This document shows positions 9,626-17,722 of a stretch of 32,640 nt of DNA, piece after piece. Below the pieces are notes generated by a model, which saw only the letters and a list, made by a program, of their open reading frames with translations, did not search any database and had not been told where the DNA came from. Made by a program: the position numbers and the translations under genes. Within the stretch, counting starts at the first letter, position 1. Every line of letters begins with the position of its first letter. Origin of the DNA: an uncultured Gammaproteobacteria bacterium (GTDB lineage Bacteria > Patescibacteriota > Microgenomatia > Daviesbacterales > UBA10151); NCBI GenBank assembly GCA_964432475.1, contig CAYSNN010000003.1:7297-39936 (forward strand). Direction: 5' to 3'.

Positions 9626-10362
9626 TGGGAAATCCTAAGGTATTAATTGTTATGCCTGCATATAATGCAGAGAAAACCCTGATTGATACATATTATGAGA
9701 TTCCGAGTAAGTTCCGTCATAATATTATTGTTGTTGATGATCAAAGTAAGGATAAAACAGTCGAGATTGCCAAAAGTTTGGGAATTAAGGTTTATACTCA
9801 CACCAGTAATCTAGGATATGGGGGAAACCAAAAAACTTGCTACCAGCAAGCCCTAAAATTAAATACCGACATAGTAGTAATGCTACATCCTGATTATCAA
9901 TATGATGCTAGTCTGATTGAGGAACTTATTAGGCCGATAACGCAGGGCAGGTATGATTTTATGTTTGGTTCAAGGATTCAAAATAAAGAAGGGGCCTTGA
10001 GAGGAGGAATGCCGAAGCTTAAATATTATATTAATCGTCTAACTTGTATAATTGAAAATATATTACTAGGAGTTAATTTTACCGAACACTTTTCGGGTTT
10101 TAGGGCTTATTCCGTCAGTGTGCTTAAAAAGGTACCTTTTGAGAAGTTTTCAAATGATTTTGTCTTTGATCAGCAGATGGTGATGTCAGCGCTAAGTTGT
10201 GACTTCAGAATTGGAGAGATAGCTATTCCAACAAGATATCATGATAAAGCTTCATCTATACAATTTATAAAAGGAACAAAATTCCTTCTGCAAACTTTTT
10301 GGACAATATTTCTTTTTCAACTCCATCAATCAGGATTAATAAGAAGCAGGTTTTTTAAGTAA
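9625..10362 (+). CDS. GT2 glycosyltransferase, DPM1/GtrB-like (putative polyprenyl-phosphate sugar synthase)
   Basis: TAATG one-nt overlap with the upstream gene. Motifs are VLIVMPAYNAEKTL, VVDDQSKDKTVEIAKSLG, MLHPDYQYD, GSRI...GGMPKLKYYINRLT, HFSGFRAYS and a hydrophobic C-terminal helix. Confidence 0.7.
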   Translation: MGNPKVLIVMPAYNAEKTLIDTYYEIPSKFRHNIIVVDDQSKDKTVEIAKSLGIKVYTHTSNLGYGGNQKTCYQQALKLNTDIVVMLHPDYQYDASLIEELIRPITQGRYDFMFGSRIQNKEGALRGGMPKLKYYINRLTCIIENILLGVNFTEHFSGFRAYSVSVLKKVPFEKFSNDFVFDQQMVMSALSCDFRIGEIAIPTRYHDKASSIQFIKGTKFLLQTFWTIFLFQLHQSGLIRSRFFK

Positions 10363-10428
10363 TCTACTGATAATTTTCCGCTAATATAGCTTTTCTTATC
10401 TTAAATTGCTAACATTAATTTACAACTA

Positions 10429-12087
10429 ATGATGAAAACTACAAAATATCTAGTTTTTATACTAATAATCTTACTTGCGTTTTTTTTGAGACTTCATAAG
10501 GTAACTGAGATACCGCCATCTTTAAACTGGGATGAGGTTTCCATAGGTTATAATGCTTATTCTATTTTAAAAACAGGAAAGGATGAATGGGGTAAATTCT
10601 TCCCAATTCATTTTAAATCTTATGGGGAGTATAAGTTACCTGTTCAAATTTATTTATCAATTCCGGGAATCTACTTTTTTGGTTTGAATGAAATCGGTGT
10701 CAGAATTACACCTGTAATTTATGGAACCTTGACAGTCTTAATAATGTTTTTTTTAGGAAGGGCCCTTTTCCAAAGCTTTGTAGCCGGTCTAATATCTGCA
10801 TTTCTTCTTGCTATATCCGCCTGGCATATCCAACTGACAAGGGCTTCTTTTGAATCTTCGCTGGCTACTCTTTGGATCGTTTTGGGGATATGGTTTTTTG
10901 TTAAGGGTTTTAGAAGTCAGAAGTGGTTTGTTTTTGCAATGATACCGTTTGCATTATCTGTTTTTACTTATAATACGGCAAGGTTTTTTACTCCGCTATT
11001 TGTCATAGTAATTTTTTTGTTATATTACAAAAAGCCTGGGGGATTTAGAAAAGTATTGATACTTTCAGTAATAAGTTTTGTTATTTTGCTTTTACCGCTA
11101 ACACCGTTTTTACTTTCAGGAGAAAGGAGTGCAAGATATAAATTGGTAAGTATCACTGATGATCCGGGGTTAGTATTAAGAATAAATGAAAACAGGGGTG
11201 CCTCCAGCCTCCCCCAACCCTTACCCCGTTTGATACACAACAAAGTAAGTTATGTTAGTTTTTATTTTGCAAAAAACTACCTACTGCATTTTAGTCCACA
11301 ATTTTTATTTGTATCGGGGGCTCCACACAAGCAACATCATGTGCAAAACATGGGACAACTCTATTATTTTCAGGCACCCTTTCTGATATTAGGTTTATGG
11401 GGTCTGTTTAAATTCAAGAATAAATTTAAGGGCCTACTTTTATCATGGGTGCTTCTCGCCTTTATTCCGGTTTCTGCCACAAATGACAGTATACCTCATG
11501 CTTTAAGAACACTGATAGCAGCGCCTTTCTATCAGTTTATTTCAGCATATGGATTTTTGTGTTTTCTAAAATGGTCAAAAAGAATTCATAAAGTTATAAA
11601 TATTTCATTATCAGCAATACTAATCATTATAGTGATTAGTAGTATTAACTTTTACTTAAATCAGTATTACAATATCTATCCCAAAGTCTATTCAAGAGAT
11701 TGGCAGTATGGTTATAAGGAAGTTGTAGGGTATATAGCAGAGCATAAAGATGAATATGATCAAATTATTTTTTCAAGGCACTTCGGCGAGCCGCATATGT
11801 TTACTCTTTTCTATTTAAACTATGATCCGGCTAAATATCAAAAAGATCCTACTTTAGTAAGATTTGAAACACATGATTGGGTTAGGGTACTAAGATTCAA
11901 CAAATACTATTTTCCTGATTTAGGTGATGAAGGCACTAAGTTTGATGATGTTGTAAAAGAAAATCCGGGCAAGAGACTACTATTTATTGGAAAAATGGGT
12001 GATTTCCCAAAAGATATGCACAGGCTTTTTACTGTTGATTTTCTTGACGGTAAAAGAGCCTTTGAAGTTGTAGAAGTAAAGCCCTAG
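10429..12087 (+). CDS. GT-C fold glycosyltransferase, GT39/ArnT/PMT_2-like (paralog C)
   Basis: IPPSLNWDEVSIGYNAYSILKTGKDEWGKFFPIHFKSYGEYKLP, ISAWHIQLTR, HFSPQFLFVSG and IPHALRT. The C-terminal module is RDWQYGYKEVVGYIAEHKDEYDQIIFSRHFGEPHMFTLFYLNYDP. Its stop TAG (12085-12087) overlaps the stop of the convergent gene. Confidence 0.85.
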   Translation: MMKTTKYLVFILIILLAFFLRLHKVTEIPPSLNWDEVSIGYNAYSILKTGKDEWGKFFPIHFKSYGEYKLPVQIYLSIPGIYFFGLNEIGVRITPVIYGTLTVLIMFFLGRALFQSFVAGLISAFLLAISAWHIQLTRASFESSLATLWIVLGIWFFVKGFRSQKWFVFAMIPFALSVFTYNTARFFTPLFVIVIFLLYYKKPGGFRKVLILSVISFVILLLPLTPFLLSGERSARYKLVSITDDPGLVLRINENRGASSLPQPLPRLIHNKVSYVSFYFAKNYLLHFSPQFLFVSGAPHKQHHVQNMGQLYYFQAPFLILGLWGLFKFKNKFKGLLLSWVLLAFIPVSATNDSIPHALRTLIAAPFYQFISAYGFLCFLKWSKRIHKVINISLSAILIIIVISSINFYLNQYYNIYPKVYSRDWQYGYKEVVGYIAEHKDEYDQIIFSRHFGEPHMFTLFYLNYDPAKYQKDPTLVRFETHDWVRVLRFNKYYFPDLGDEGTKFDDVVKENPGKRLLFIGKMGDFPKDMHRLFTVDFLDGKRAFEVVEVKP

Positions 12088-13670
12088 AGCGTATAAAAGT
12101 AAAACGCAGGTTTAAAGCTGGGTAAGGTGATAGTATAAATTTTTTGAAGATTTGAATTTTGCTCAGGTGCATTAGAAACGGGTACAATATACAGATTTCC
12201 TGTTTCTAACTTTTCTTTATCCCAATTAATATTTCTGATCTGGTATTTATCAAAGTAAGCCCCTGATTTTTCCCGCCTGCTCCCCAGTAATTTATAGGGA
12301 TTTAAAATAGTATAGTAAGGGATGTACAAATGAGGAAGCCCAGAATACATATTTGCCGGGCCAAATCGGGGATCGATAATAATTTGGTTAAACTCATGAT
12401 ATTTCGGTTTAATAAAAAGCGCCATCTGTTTATAACCATATTGGAAACCTTGGGCGGAATCTTTTGGAAAGTGATAATAGAAAATTGCTAAAAAATACAA
12501 GAAAGAAACAGTTAAAACAGTTGTAAAAATAATTTTCCAACTATTTTTGGCAGATTTCCAGAATATAAGTATTCCAGCAGCGCTGATGATTGAGATAGAA
12601 ATTAAACTGACTAAGTTTCTTGATGTGCTTTGAGGGCCGGAGGTAAGTGAGGCTGTGAACGGTGACGTAATTAAGAAAATATAAATGAACCTTGAATTTT
12701 CTTGAAATAACGTCGCTACTCTGCATAGTCCAATTAGGAAGAATGGAAGGAGGGGAAATAGAAATACCCCTACCTGGAATGGATCTCCTTTAGGCAATAG
12801 AAAATAGCCGGTAAAAAATAAATAAGAAAGATTGAAATAAGATGAGTATTTATCCAGGAAAGCTTGAATAATCAAAGAGCCTTTCTGCCATATATACAAA
12901 TTAGTATCTTCCAACCTTTGTGCTAAATGAGGCTCCTTTAATAAATTTTCCGTATTTGCCCTGGTTGAAGAATGTAAATTGTTTAAAAAGTCTAAAAAGA
13001 TTGGAATAATAAGAAGAATAAATAATAATATTCCAATATAATATTCCGGTTTTTTGAAAATTGCCTTATAATTCATTACAGAGAGTAAAATGATAATAAA
13101 GGGGGTGAAAACCCACTCTGTATGATAGCCATATATAGATAAAGCAAATGAAATAAAGCTTAATAAAGGTATAAAAAGATTATTCTTTCGCAGGCCCAAG
13201 AAAAATAAATAAATTCCCAGTATAAAAAAGAATAAGGCTATATTAGACTCATAGGCCATATGAGAGGTTAGAATATGCATAGGGGAGAGTGCGAGAACAA
13301 AAGAACTAACGAGTCCCAAGTATTTGTTTTTGGATAATTCAAATACCAGTAGGCCTAAAACAAGAACTGTCAGACTGCCTAAAAAGGCAGAAGGTAATCT
13401 GGCAGCAATTTCGCCATTGCCCAAAATAATTGTAGTAGGAACAGAAAGATAAATAGCTAAAGGCGCTTTATAAGTGCTATGTGATTGAAAGGATAGAGGC
13501 AAAAAGTTATTATGCTCATCTCGAAGTGTTTTTGATACGGAATATGCATCATAGGCAATAGAAATCTCATCATTTCCCAGATTAGGGGGTATACTACTTA
13601 ATCCTACAAATCTTGTAAGTATTGTTATAATTGCAACTAAAATTACCCAGAAGAAAAAATTAAATTTCAT
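12084..13670 (-). CDS. GT-C fold glycosyltransferase, GT39/ArnT/PMT_2-like (paralog D)
   Basis: IPPNLGNDEISIAYDAYSVSKTLRDEHNNFLPLSFQSHSTYKAP and LSPMHILTSH. The C-terminal module is GFQYGYKQMALFIKPKYHEFNQIIID. I prefer the ATG at 13670 (MKFNFFFWV...), which forms an ATGA overlap with the upstream gene's stop, over the track's start at 13709. Confidence 0.8.
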   Translation of the reverse strand: MKFNFFFWVILVAIITILTRFVGLSSIPPNLGNDEISIAYDAYSVSKTLRDEHNNFLPLSFQSHSTYKAPLAIYLSVPTTIILGNGEIAARLPSAFLGSLTVLVLGLLVFELSKNKYLGLVSSFVLALSPMHILTSHMAYESNIALFFFILGIYLFFLGLRKNNLFIPLLSFISFALSIYGYHTEWVFTPFIIILLSVMNYKAIFKKPEYYIGILLFILLIIPIFLDFLNNLHSSTRANTENLLKEPHLAQRLEDTNLYIWQKGSLIIQAFLDKYSSYFNLSYLFFTGYFLLPKGDPFQVGVFLFPLLPFFLIGLCRVATLFQENSRFIYIFLITSPFTASLTSGPQSTSRNLVSLISISIISAAGILIFWKSAKNSWKIIFTTVLTVSFLYFLAIFYYHFPKDSAQGFQYGYKQMALFIKPKYHEFNQIIIDPRFGPANMYSGLPHLYIPYYTILNPYKLLGSRREKSGAYFDKYQIRNINWDKEKLETGNLYIVPVSNAPEQNSNLQKIYTITLPSFKPAFYFYTL

Positions 13671-14491
13671 ATCTTGGGACTGATATAAATAAAGAAGCTC
13701 AAGGCCCAAAAAAATAAATAGATTTTTTTATTGACACCTTGTGCTCCAACCAGTATTAAATAAAGCAGTAACGGTCCCAAAAGATAAAGTGACTGAAATT
13801 TATCGGGTGATCTATCAATTCCTGCAGTTAACATAGTTACAGAAAAAGTAGTTATAAAGAAGAATTTCAATTTATCCTTTTCTGTGAAAATTTTATATAT
13901 GCCGGTAAATAAAAGATATAAATTAGCAAGAATTAATACCTCATAAAGATTTTTTAAATTTAAGAAATCAAAAAAATTTGTAAGAGCAGCATAGATATAA
14001 ATTGTCTCGGAATAAAACAGTTGCCGAACTTTATACGGAAGAAAAAGGGCATCCTGTTGATGTTGGTTAAGATATAAATTTACTTCCGGAGAATTAAAGA
14101 TTAATTGTGAGTCCTGTAAACTAAAAGGGTATTTAATTACCTCACTTAAATAAAGGTGTCCAAAGAAGATATAAATTATCCATATAATAATGAGATATTT
14201 ATTTGGTTGCTTAATATAAAGGTAGATCAAAATCAGAGCTGCTAAAGGGAGAACTGCGAAAAGATTAGGATCCGGTTGGTAAGAGAAAATTGGCATAAGT
14301 CCCAGTGATATTAAAAGGAAATTATTAAACGTATTGTTTTTTAAAGCTAAATAGTTTTGAAAAAGCAAAATTGATAATCCTAAGGCAAGGCTATTGATTA
14401 ATGAAGTAAATAGGCTGTGGTGAGAAAAATAATTTACAAACAAGCACACTAAAGATGCGATAATAATAGTAAGTAATAGACTGCGGTGCAT
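13667..14491 (-). CDS. Truncated GT-C-paralog-like polytopic membrane protein (no DE loop, no C-terminal module)
   Basis: 274 aa and hydrophobic. LIFNSPEVNLYLNQ, LFYSETIYIYAALTNFFDFL and the following helices are collinear with the middle part of the 2469 product and of the full-length paralogs. It is translationally coupled (ATGA) to paralog D. Confidence 0.5.
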   Translation of the reverse strand: MHRSLLLTIIIASLVCLFVNYFSHHSLFTSLINSLALGLSILLFQNYLALKNNTFNNFLLISLGLMPIFSYQPDPNLFAVLPLAALILIYLYIKQPNKYLIIIWIIYIFFGHLYLSEVIKYPFSLQDSQLIFNSPEVNLYLNQHQQDALFLPYKVRQLFYSETIYIYAALTNFFDFLNLKNLYEVLILANLYLLFTGIYKIFTEKDKLKFFFITTFSVTMLTAGIDRSPDKFQSLYLLGPLLLYLILVGAQGVNKKIYLFFWALSFFIYISPKI

Positions 14492-14527
14492 GATATGATT
14501 ATATTGTTGTCTTATGCCTAAGTCTAT
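14476..14527. promoter_or_regulatory. Mirror-symmetric divergent promoter pair with overlapping -10 elements
   Basis: On + : TAGACT (14477-14482), 17 nt, TATATT (14500-14505), then ATG 14514. On - : TAGACT (complement of 14521-14526), 17 nt, TATAAT (complement of 14498-14503), then ATG at 14491. The 7-bp inverted repeat ATAGACT (14476-14482) / AGTCTAT (14521-14527) is centred on the shared -10 block. Confidence 0.4.
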
Positions 14528-16124
14528 ACCGCGATTGTTGTTTTCTGCGAGATTTTTTATGGGTTTAATATGCTTATTTTTTTTATTAACCCGTATTTAT
14601 AATCTCGATAAGATCCCACCTTCTTTATATTGGGATGAAGCCTCGATTGCATATAATGCTTATTCAATTTCTCGGACTGGTAAAGATGAATGGGGGGAAT
14701 TTTTACCGATTCATTTTAGGGCTTTTGGTGAGTTTAAGTTACCTATCTATATTTATACCACCGCAATTTTCGTAAAACTAATAGGACTGAATGAGTATGC
14801 AGTCAGGCTACCGGCAATTTTATTTTCGCTTCTAACAATAATTATTACTTTTTTCTTGGCTAAAGAGCTTTTTAAAGACAGTAAAATTGCTTTACTTAGC
14901 GCTTTTTTTCTATCCATATCTCCTTGGTGGTTTATCTTTACCAGGGTGGGATATGAGGCATCTGCGGGGTTAATGTTTTTTATGTTAGGTGTTTACCTAA
15001 TGCTTAAGGCGCTACGGAAAAGGTTCCTAGTATTATTTGCAGTTTTTGCTTTTATTTTTAGTATCTATAGTTATAATAGCTTTCGGGTACTTGTTCCGAT
15101 AACTTTATTACTTTTTCTTTTCCTGCATGCATACTCTTCTAAAAAAAGTTTTCTTCTATTCTGTGGCGCATTGATTATTTTTGTAATTAGTTTAGCTCCC
15201 ATTGCTAGACTATTAATCTTCGATGCAGGTTTTGGGAGAGTTCAATCTTTTGTTCTGCTCCCCACAATCCAACAAGTCTATGATTTATCCGGTAAACCAC
15301 GTCTGCAACTAATCTTTGACCGTAGCGGACCAACTGATTGGAGTAAAAATGTTTGGGGCATATTTAATAACTACCTGGTTCACTTTAGTCCTTCTTTTCT
15401 ACTTTTTGACGGAGATACAAACCCAAGGAATCATCCGGCAGGATCGGGCCAATTTTTTTTGCCGGATCCAGTTTTGATATTGCTGGGGATATTCATTATT
15501 AAAAGAAAGAAAAAACGATTGCTTTATCTACCGATAATGTTTGTGTTGTTAGGGCCTGTTCCTGCAGTCTTATTTAGAGAATCTCCTCATGCACTTAGGT
15601 CATTGGCGATAGTTCCTTTTCTTTGTATGGTTATGGGAGCAGGAGCAAGTGCAATTTCAGATTACTTTAAAAAATCTACAATTTTGATAATTATTGTTTA
15701 TTCTTCCTTCTTTGCGTATTTCTTCCATAATTTTATTACCCGTTATCCTGTGCAATCATCTCAGGATTGGCAGTATGGTTATAGAAGGTTATTTATAGAT
15801 TATAAAGATAGTTTTGATAATTTTGATAAAGTTATTATTTCTGATGAATACGCCCAGCCTTATATCTTTGCTTTGTATAATTTAAAATATAATCCTGAAA
15901 AATTCAAAGAGGAAGTTAAACATAATGATATTAATAATTGGGGTTTTTCCACTGTATCAGCATTTGGCAATTTTGAATTTAGAAAAATAGCCAAAAATGA
16001 TTTTGACTTAAAAAAAACTTTAATCTTTGCAAGCTCAATTGATAAATCAGATACAAAAGACTCACAGGCTCAAATTAAATTTCTTAATGGTGAAACTGCT
16101 TTTTGGGTGTACAATTTGTATTAA
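14514..16124 (+). CDS. GT-C fold glycosyltransferase, GT39/ArnT/PMT_2-like (paralog E)
   Basis: IPPSLYWDEASIAYNAYSISRTGKDEWGEFLPIHFRAFGEFKLP, ISPWWFIFTR, HFSPSFLLFDGDTNPRNH and SPHALRS. The C-terminal module is QDWQYGYRRLFIDYKDSFDNFDKVIISDEYAQPYIFALYNLKYNP. Confidence 0.85.
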   Translation: MPKSIPRLLFSARFFMGLICLFFLLTRIYNLDKIPPSLYWDEASIAYNAYSISRTGKDEWGEFLPIHFRAFGEFKLPIYIYTTAIFVKLIGLNEYAVRLPAILFSLLTIIITFFLAKELFKDSKIALLSAFFLSISPWWFIFTRVGYEASAGLMFFMLGVYLMLKALRKRFLVLFAVFAFIFSIYSYNSFRVLVPITLLLFLFLHAYSSKKSFLLFCGALIIFVISLAPIARLLIFDAGFGRVQSFVLLPTIQQVYDLSGKPRLQLIFDRSGPTDWSKNVWGIFNNYLVHFSPSFLLFDGDTNPRNHPAGSGQFFLPDPVLILLGIFIIKRKKKRLLYLPIMFVLLGPVPAVLFRESPHALRSLAIVPFLCMVMGAGASAISDYFKKSTILIIIVYSSFFAYFFHNFITRYPVQSSQDWQYGYRRLFIDYKDSFDNFDKVIISDEYAQPYIFALYNLKYNPEKFKEEVKHNDINNWGFSTVSAFGNFEFRKIAKNDFDLKKTLIFASSIDKSDTKDSQAQIKFLNGETAFWVYNLY

Positions 16125-16126
16125 AA

Positions 16127-17722
16127 ATGAAAAGATCTGTCAAAATTGCCTTTATATTAGTAATCCTGCTGGCAGCATTTTTAAGGATTTACAAGTTAGA
16201 TCAGCTTCCTCCGGGACTAAATTGGGATGAAGCTGCAGCCGGGTATAATGCCTACACAATAGCTAACTGGAGAAAAGATGAATGGGGACAATCTTTTCCA
16301 TTGGTTTTTACCTCTTTTAGAGATGATAAACATCCTGTTCATATCTATATAACTGCCATATTTGTAAAATTTCTTGGTTTATCAGATTTTACTACGAGAT
16401 TGTCCGGAGCAACGATTGGAGTACTTAGTGTAATACTAATCTTTTATCTAGCTAGGGTGCTATTTAAGAGTGATTTAGCAGCACTGTTCTCAGCGCTATT
16501 TTTAGCAGTTTCTCCGTACCATCTTCAATTTTCAAGAGGGCTTTGGGAAGTAAACTTTGCGCTTTTTTTCTTCATGTCGGGACTTCTGTTTTTTTATCTG
16601 GCATTGGAAAAGAAAGGTTGGCTAATAAATATATCATTTTTAAGCTTTGGTCTTAGTATGTTTGCTTATCATTCTTCAAAAATTGTAGTTCCGCCGATAA
16701 TCCTGCTGCTTTGCATTGTTAATTTTAAGAATCTGAAAGCATCAAAAAATTTTTACAGCGGCCTATTTATTTTTCTAATTTTTATAGTCCTTATGATTAT
16801 AGATCCAAGATTATTTGGAACAGCCAGAATGAAACAGACTCAACAAAATCAAGAAGATTTTGAAAAAACAGCCACTTATAAAGTTACAAAAAATTATAAT
16901 TTGGCCAAAGGAGAAAAATTGATTAAAAACTACTTAAGCCACTTTACTCCCCGGTATTTATTTTTAGCAGGAGATCAGAGCCCAAGGAATTCAGTTAAGA
17001 CCCGTGGAGAATTCTACAAAATTGACGCGCTTTTTATATTAATGGGACTTTTCTATTTATTAAAATTAAGATCAAAAGTTACATTGATAATATTAGCCTG
17101 GCTATTTATATCACCTATTCCTGCCAGTTTGGTTGGAGGTTCACCCAGTGCTACCAGAGCTATTTTCATGATGGGAAGTATTTATCTTATTTCAGCTTAT
17201 GGAGCAAGTAAACTGTTAGGATTAATAAAAGGAAGAGCAAAAATATTAATTGTTATTATTCTCTTAAGTTTACTTGCATACGAGACACACTCTTACCTGT
17301 ATTATTACTTTAATATATATTCAAAGAAAGAACCTACAGATTGGCAATATGGTATGAGACAAGTTGTAGAGTATGTAAAGACTCATCCCGGATATCAGAC
17401 AATTTATATGACTGAGGAGAGGTCGCAACCGTATATTTTTTTCCTGTTTTACCTGAAAGAATCCCTGCCTGATTTTATAAATACCGTGATGTATAACCGT
17501 TGGGATAGTAAGAGTTATAAATATAATACTGTTTCCTCTTTTGATAAATATTATTTCGGCGGCTGGGATACAGTTGAGAGTTATCCCACCACTAACGTAT
17601 TATATGTACTTACACCAAGTCAGTATGATGGGTTAAGACATCGGGCTCAATTTGATGTCAAAAAGATTATCCAGCTTCCTGATGGAGGCAATGCATTCTA
17701 TTTAGTAAGTGCAAGAAAATGA
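16127..17722 (+). CDS. GT-C fold glycosyltransferase, GT39/ArnT/PMT_2-like (paralog F)
   Basis: LPPGLNWDEAAAGYNAYTIANWRKDEWGQSFPLVF, VSPYHLQFSRG and HFTPRYLFLAGDQSPRN. The C-terminal module is TDWQYGMRQVVEYVKTHPGYQTIYMTEERSQPYIFFLFYL. I prefer the ATG at 16127 (MKRSVKIAF), 2 nt after the upstream stop, over the track's GTG at 16103. Confidence 0.85.
   Translation: MKRSVKIAFILVILLAAFLRIYKLDQLPPGLNWDEAAAGYNAYTIANWRKDEWGQSFPLVFTSFRDDKHPVHIYITAIFVKFLGLSDFTTRLSGATIGVLSVILIFYLARVLFKSDLAALFSALFLAVSPYHLQFSRGLWEVNFALFFFMSGLLFFYLALEKKGWLINISFLSFGLSMFAYHSSKIVVPPIILLLCIVNFKNLKASKNFYSGLFIFLIFIVLMIIDPRLFGTARMKQTQQNQEDFEKTATYKVTKNYNLAKGEKLIKNYLSHFTPRYLFLAGDQSPRNSVKTRGEFYKIDALFILMGLFYLLKLRSKVTLIILAWLFISPIPASLVGGSPSATRAIFMMGSIYLISAYGASKLLGLIKGRAKILIVIILLSLLAYETHSYLYYYFNIYSKKEPTDWQYGMRQVVEYVKTHPGYQTIYMTEERSQPYIFFLFYLKESLPDFINTVMYNRWDSKSYKYNTVSSFDKYYFGGWDTVESYPTTNVLYVLTPSQYDGLRHRAQFDVKKIIQLPDGGNAFYLVSARK

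Noticed and set aside
10363-10428. Promoter in the 66-nt gap upstream of GT-C paralog C (candidates TTGCTA at 10406-10411, TAATTT at 10416-10421, TACAAC at 10421-10426)
   Set aside because: No combination gives acceptable -35/-10 spacing together with a good -10 hexamer, so I could not support a specific call. Read-through from the upstream genes is equally plausible.
13671-13709. Upstream-extended starts from the ORF track: 13709 for paralog D, GTG 16103 for paralog F, and 20712 for the flippase
   Set aside because: In each case an in-frame ATG gives a canonical ATGA overlap or a 2-nt spacing with the upstream stop, and gives an N-terminus that begins directly with the basic-then-hydrophobic TM1 seen in the paralogs. 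The extensions would add non-conserved residues inside the upstream gene.
12060-14530. Possibility that the inverted two-gene module is a site-specific invertible (phase-variable) DNA switch
   Set aside because: I could find no inverted repeats at the two module boundaries (about 12060-12130 versus about 14480-14530). There is no recombinase or invertase gene in the window. The only inverted repeat (14476-14527) is internal to the promoter gap, not flanking the module.
15453-15460. Homopolymer tracts inside coding regions as slipped-strand phase-variation sites: T8 at 15453-15460, A8 at 1837-1844 and A8 at 27980-27987
   Set aside because: Tracts of 7-8 A/T are expected frequently in DNA this AT-rich. 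They are not concentrated near 5' ends of genes and are shorter than typical contingency-locus tracts.
3818-16287. The recurrent 11-mer gatgaatgggg (four copies) and the 19-mer gattggcagtatggttata (two copies) as possible DNA repeat or recombination elements
   Set aside because: They coincide exactly with the conserved peptide motifs DEWG and DWQYGY in paralogous genes, and the flanking DNA diverges immediately. This is codon-level conservation, not a repeat element.
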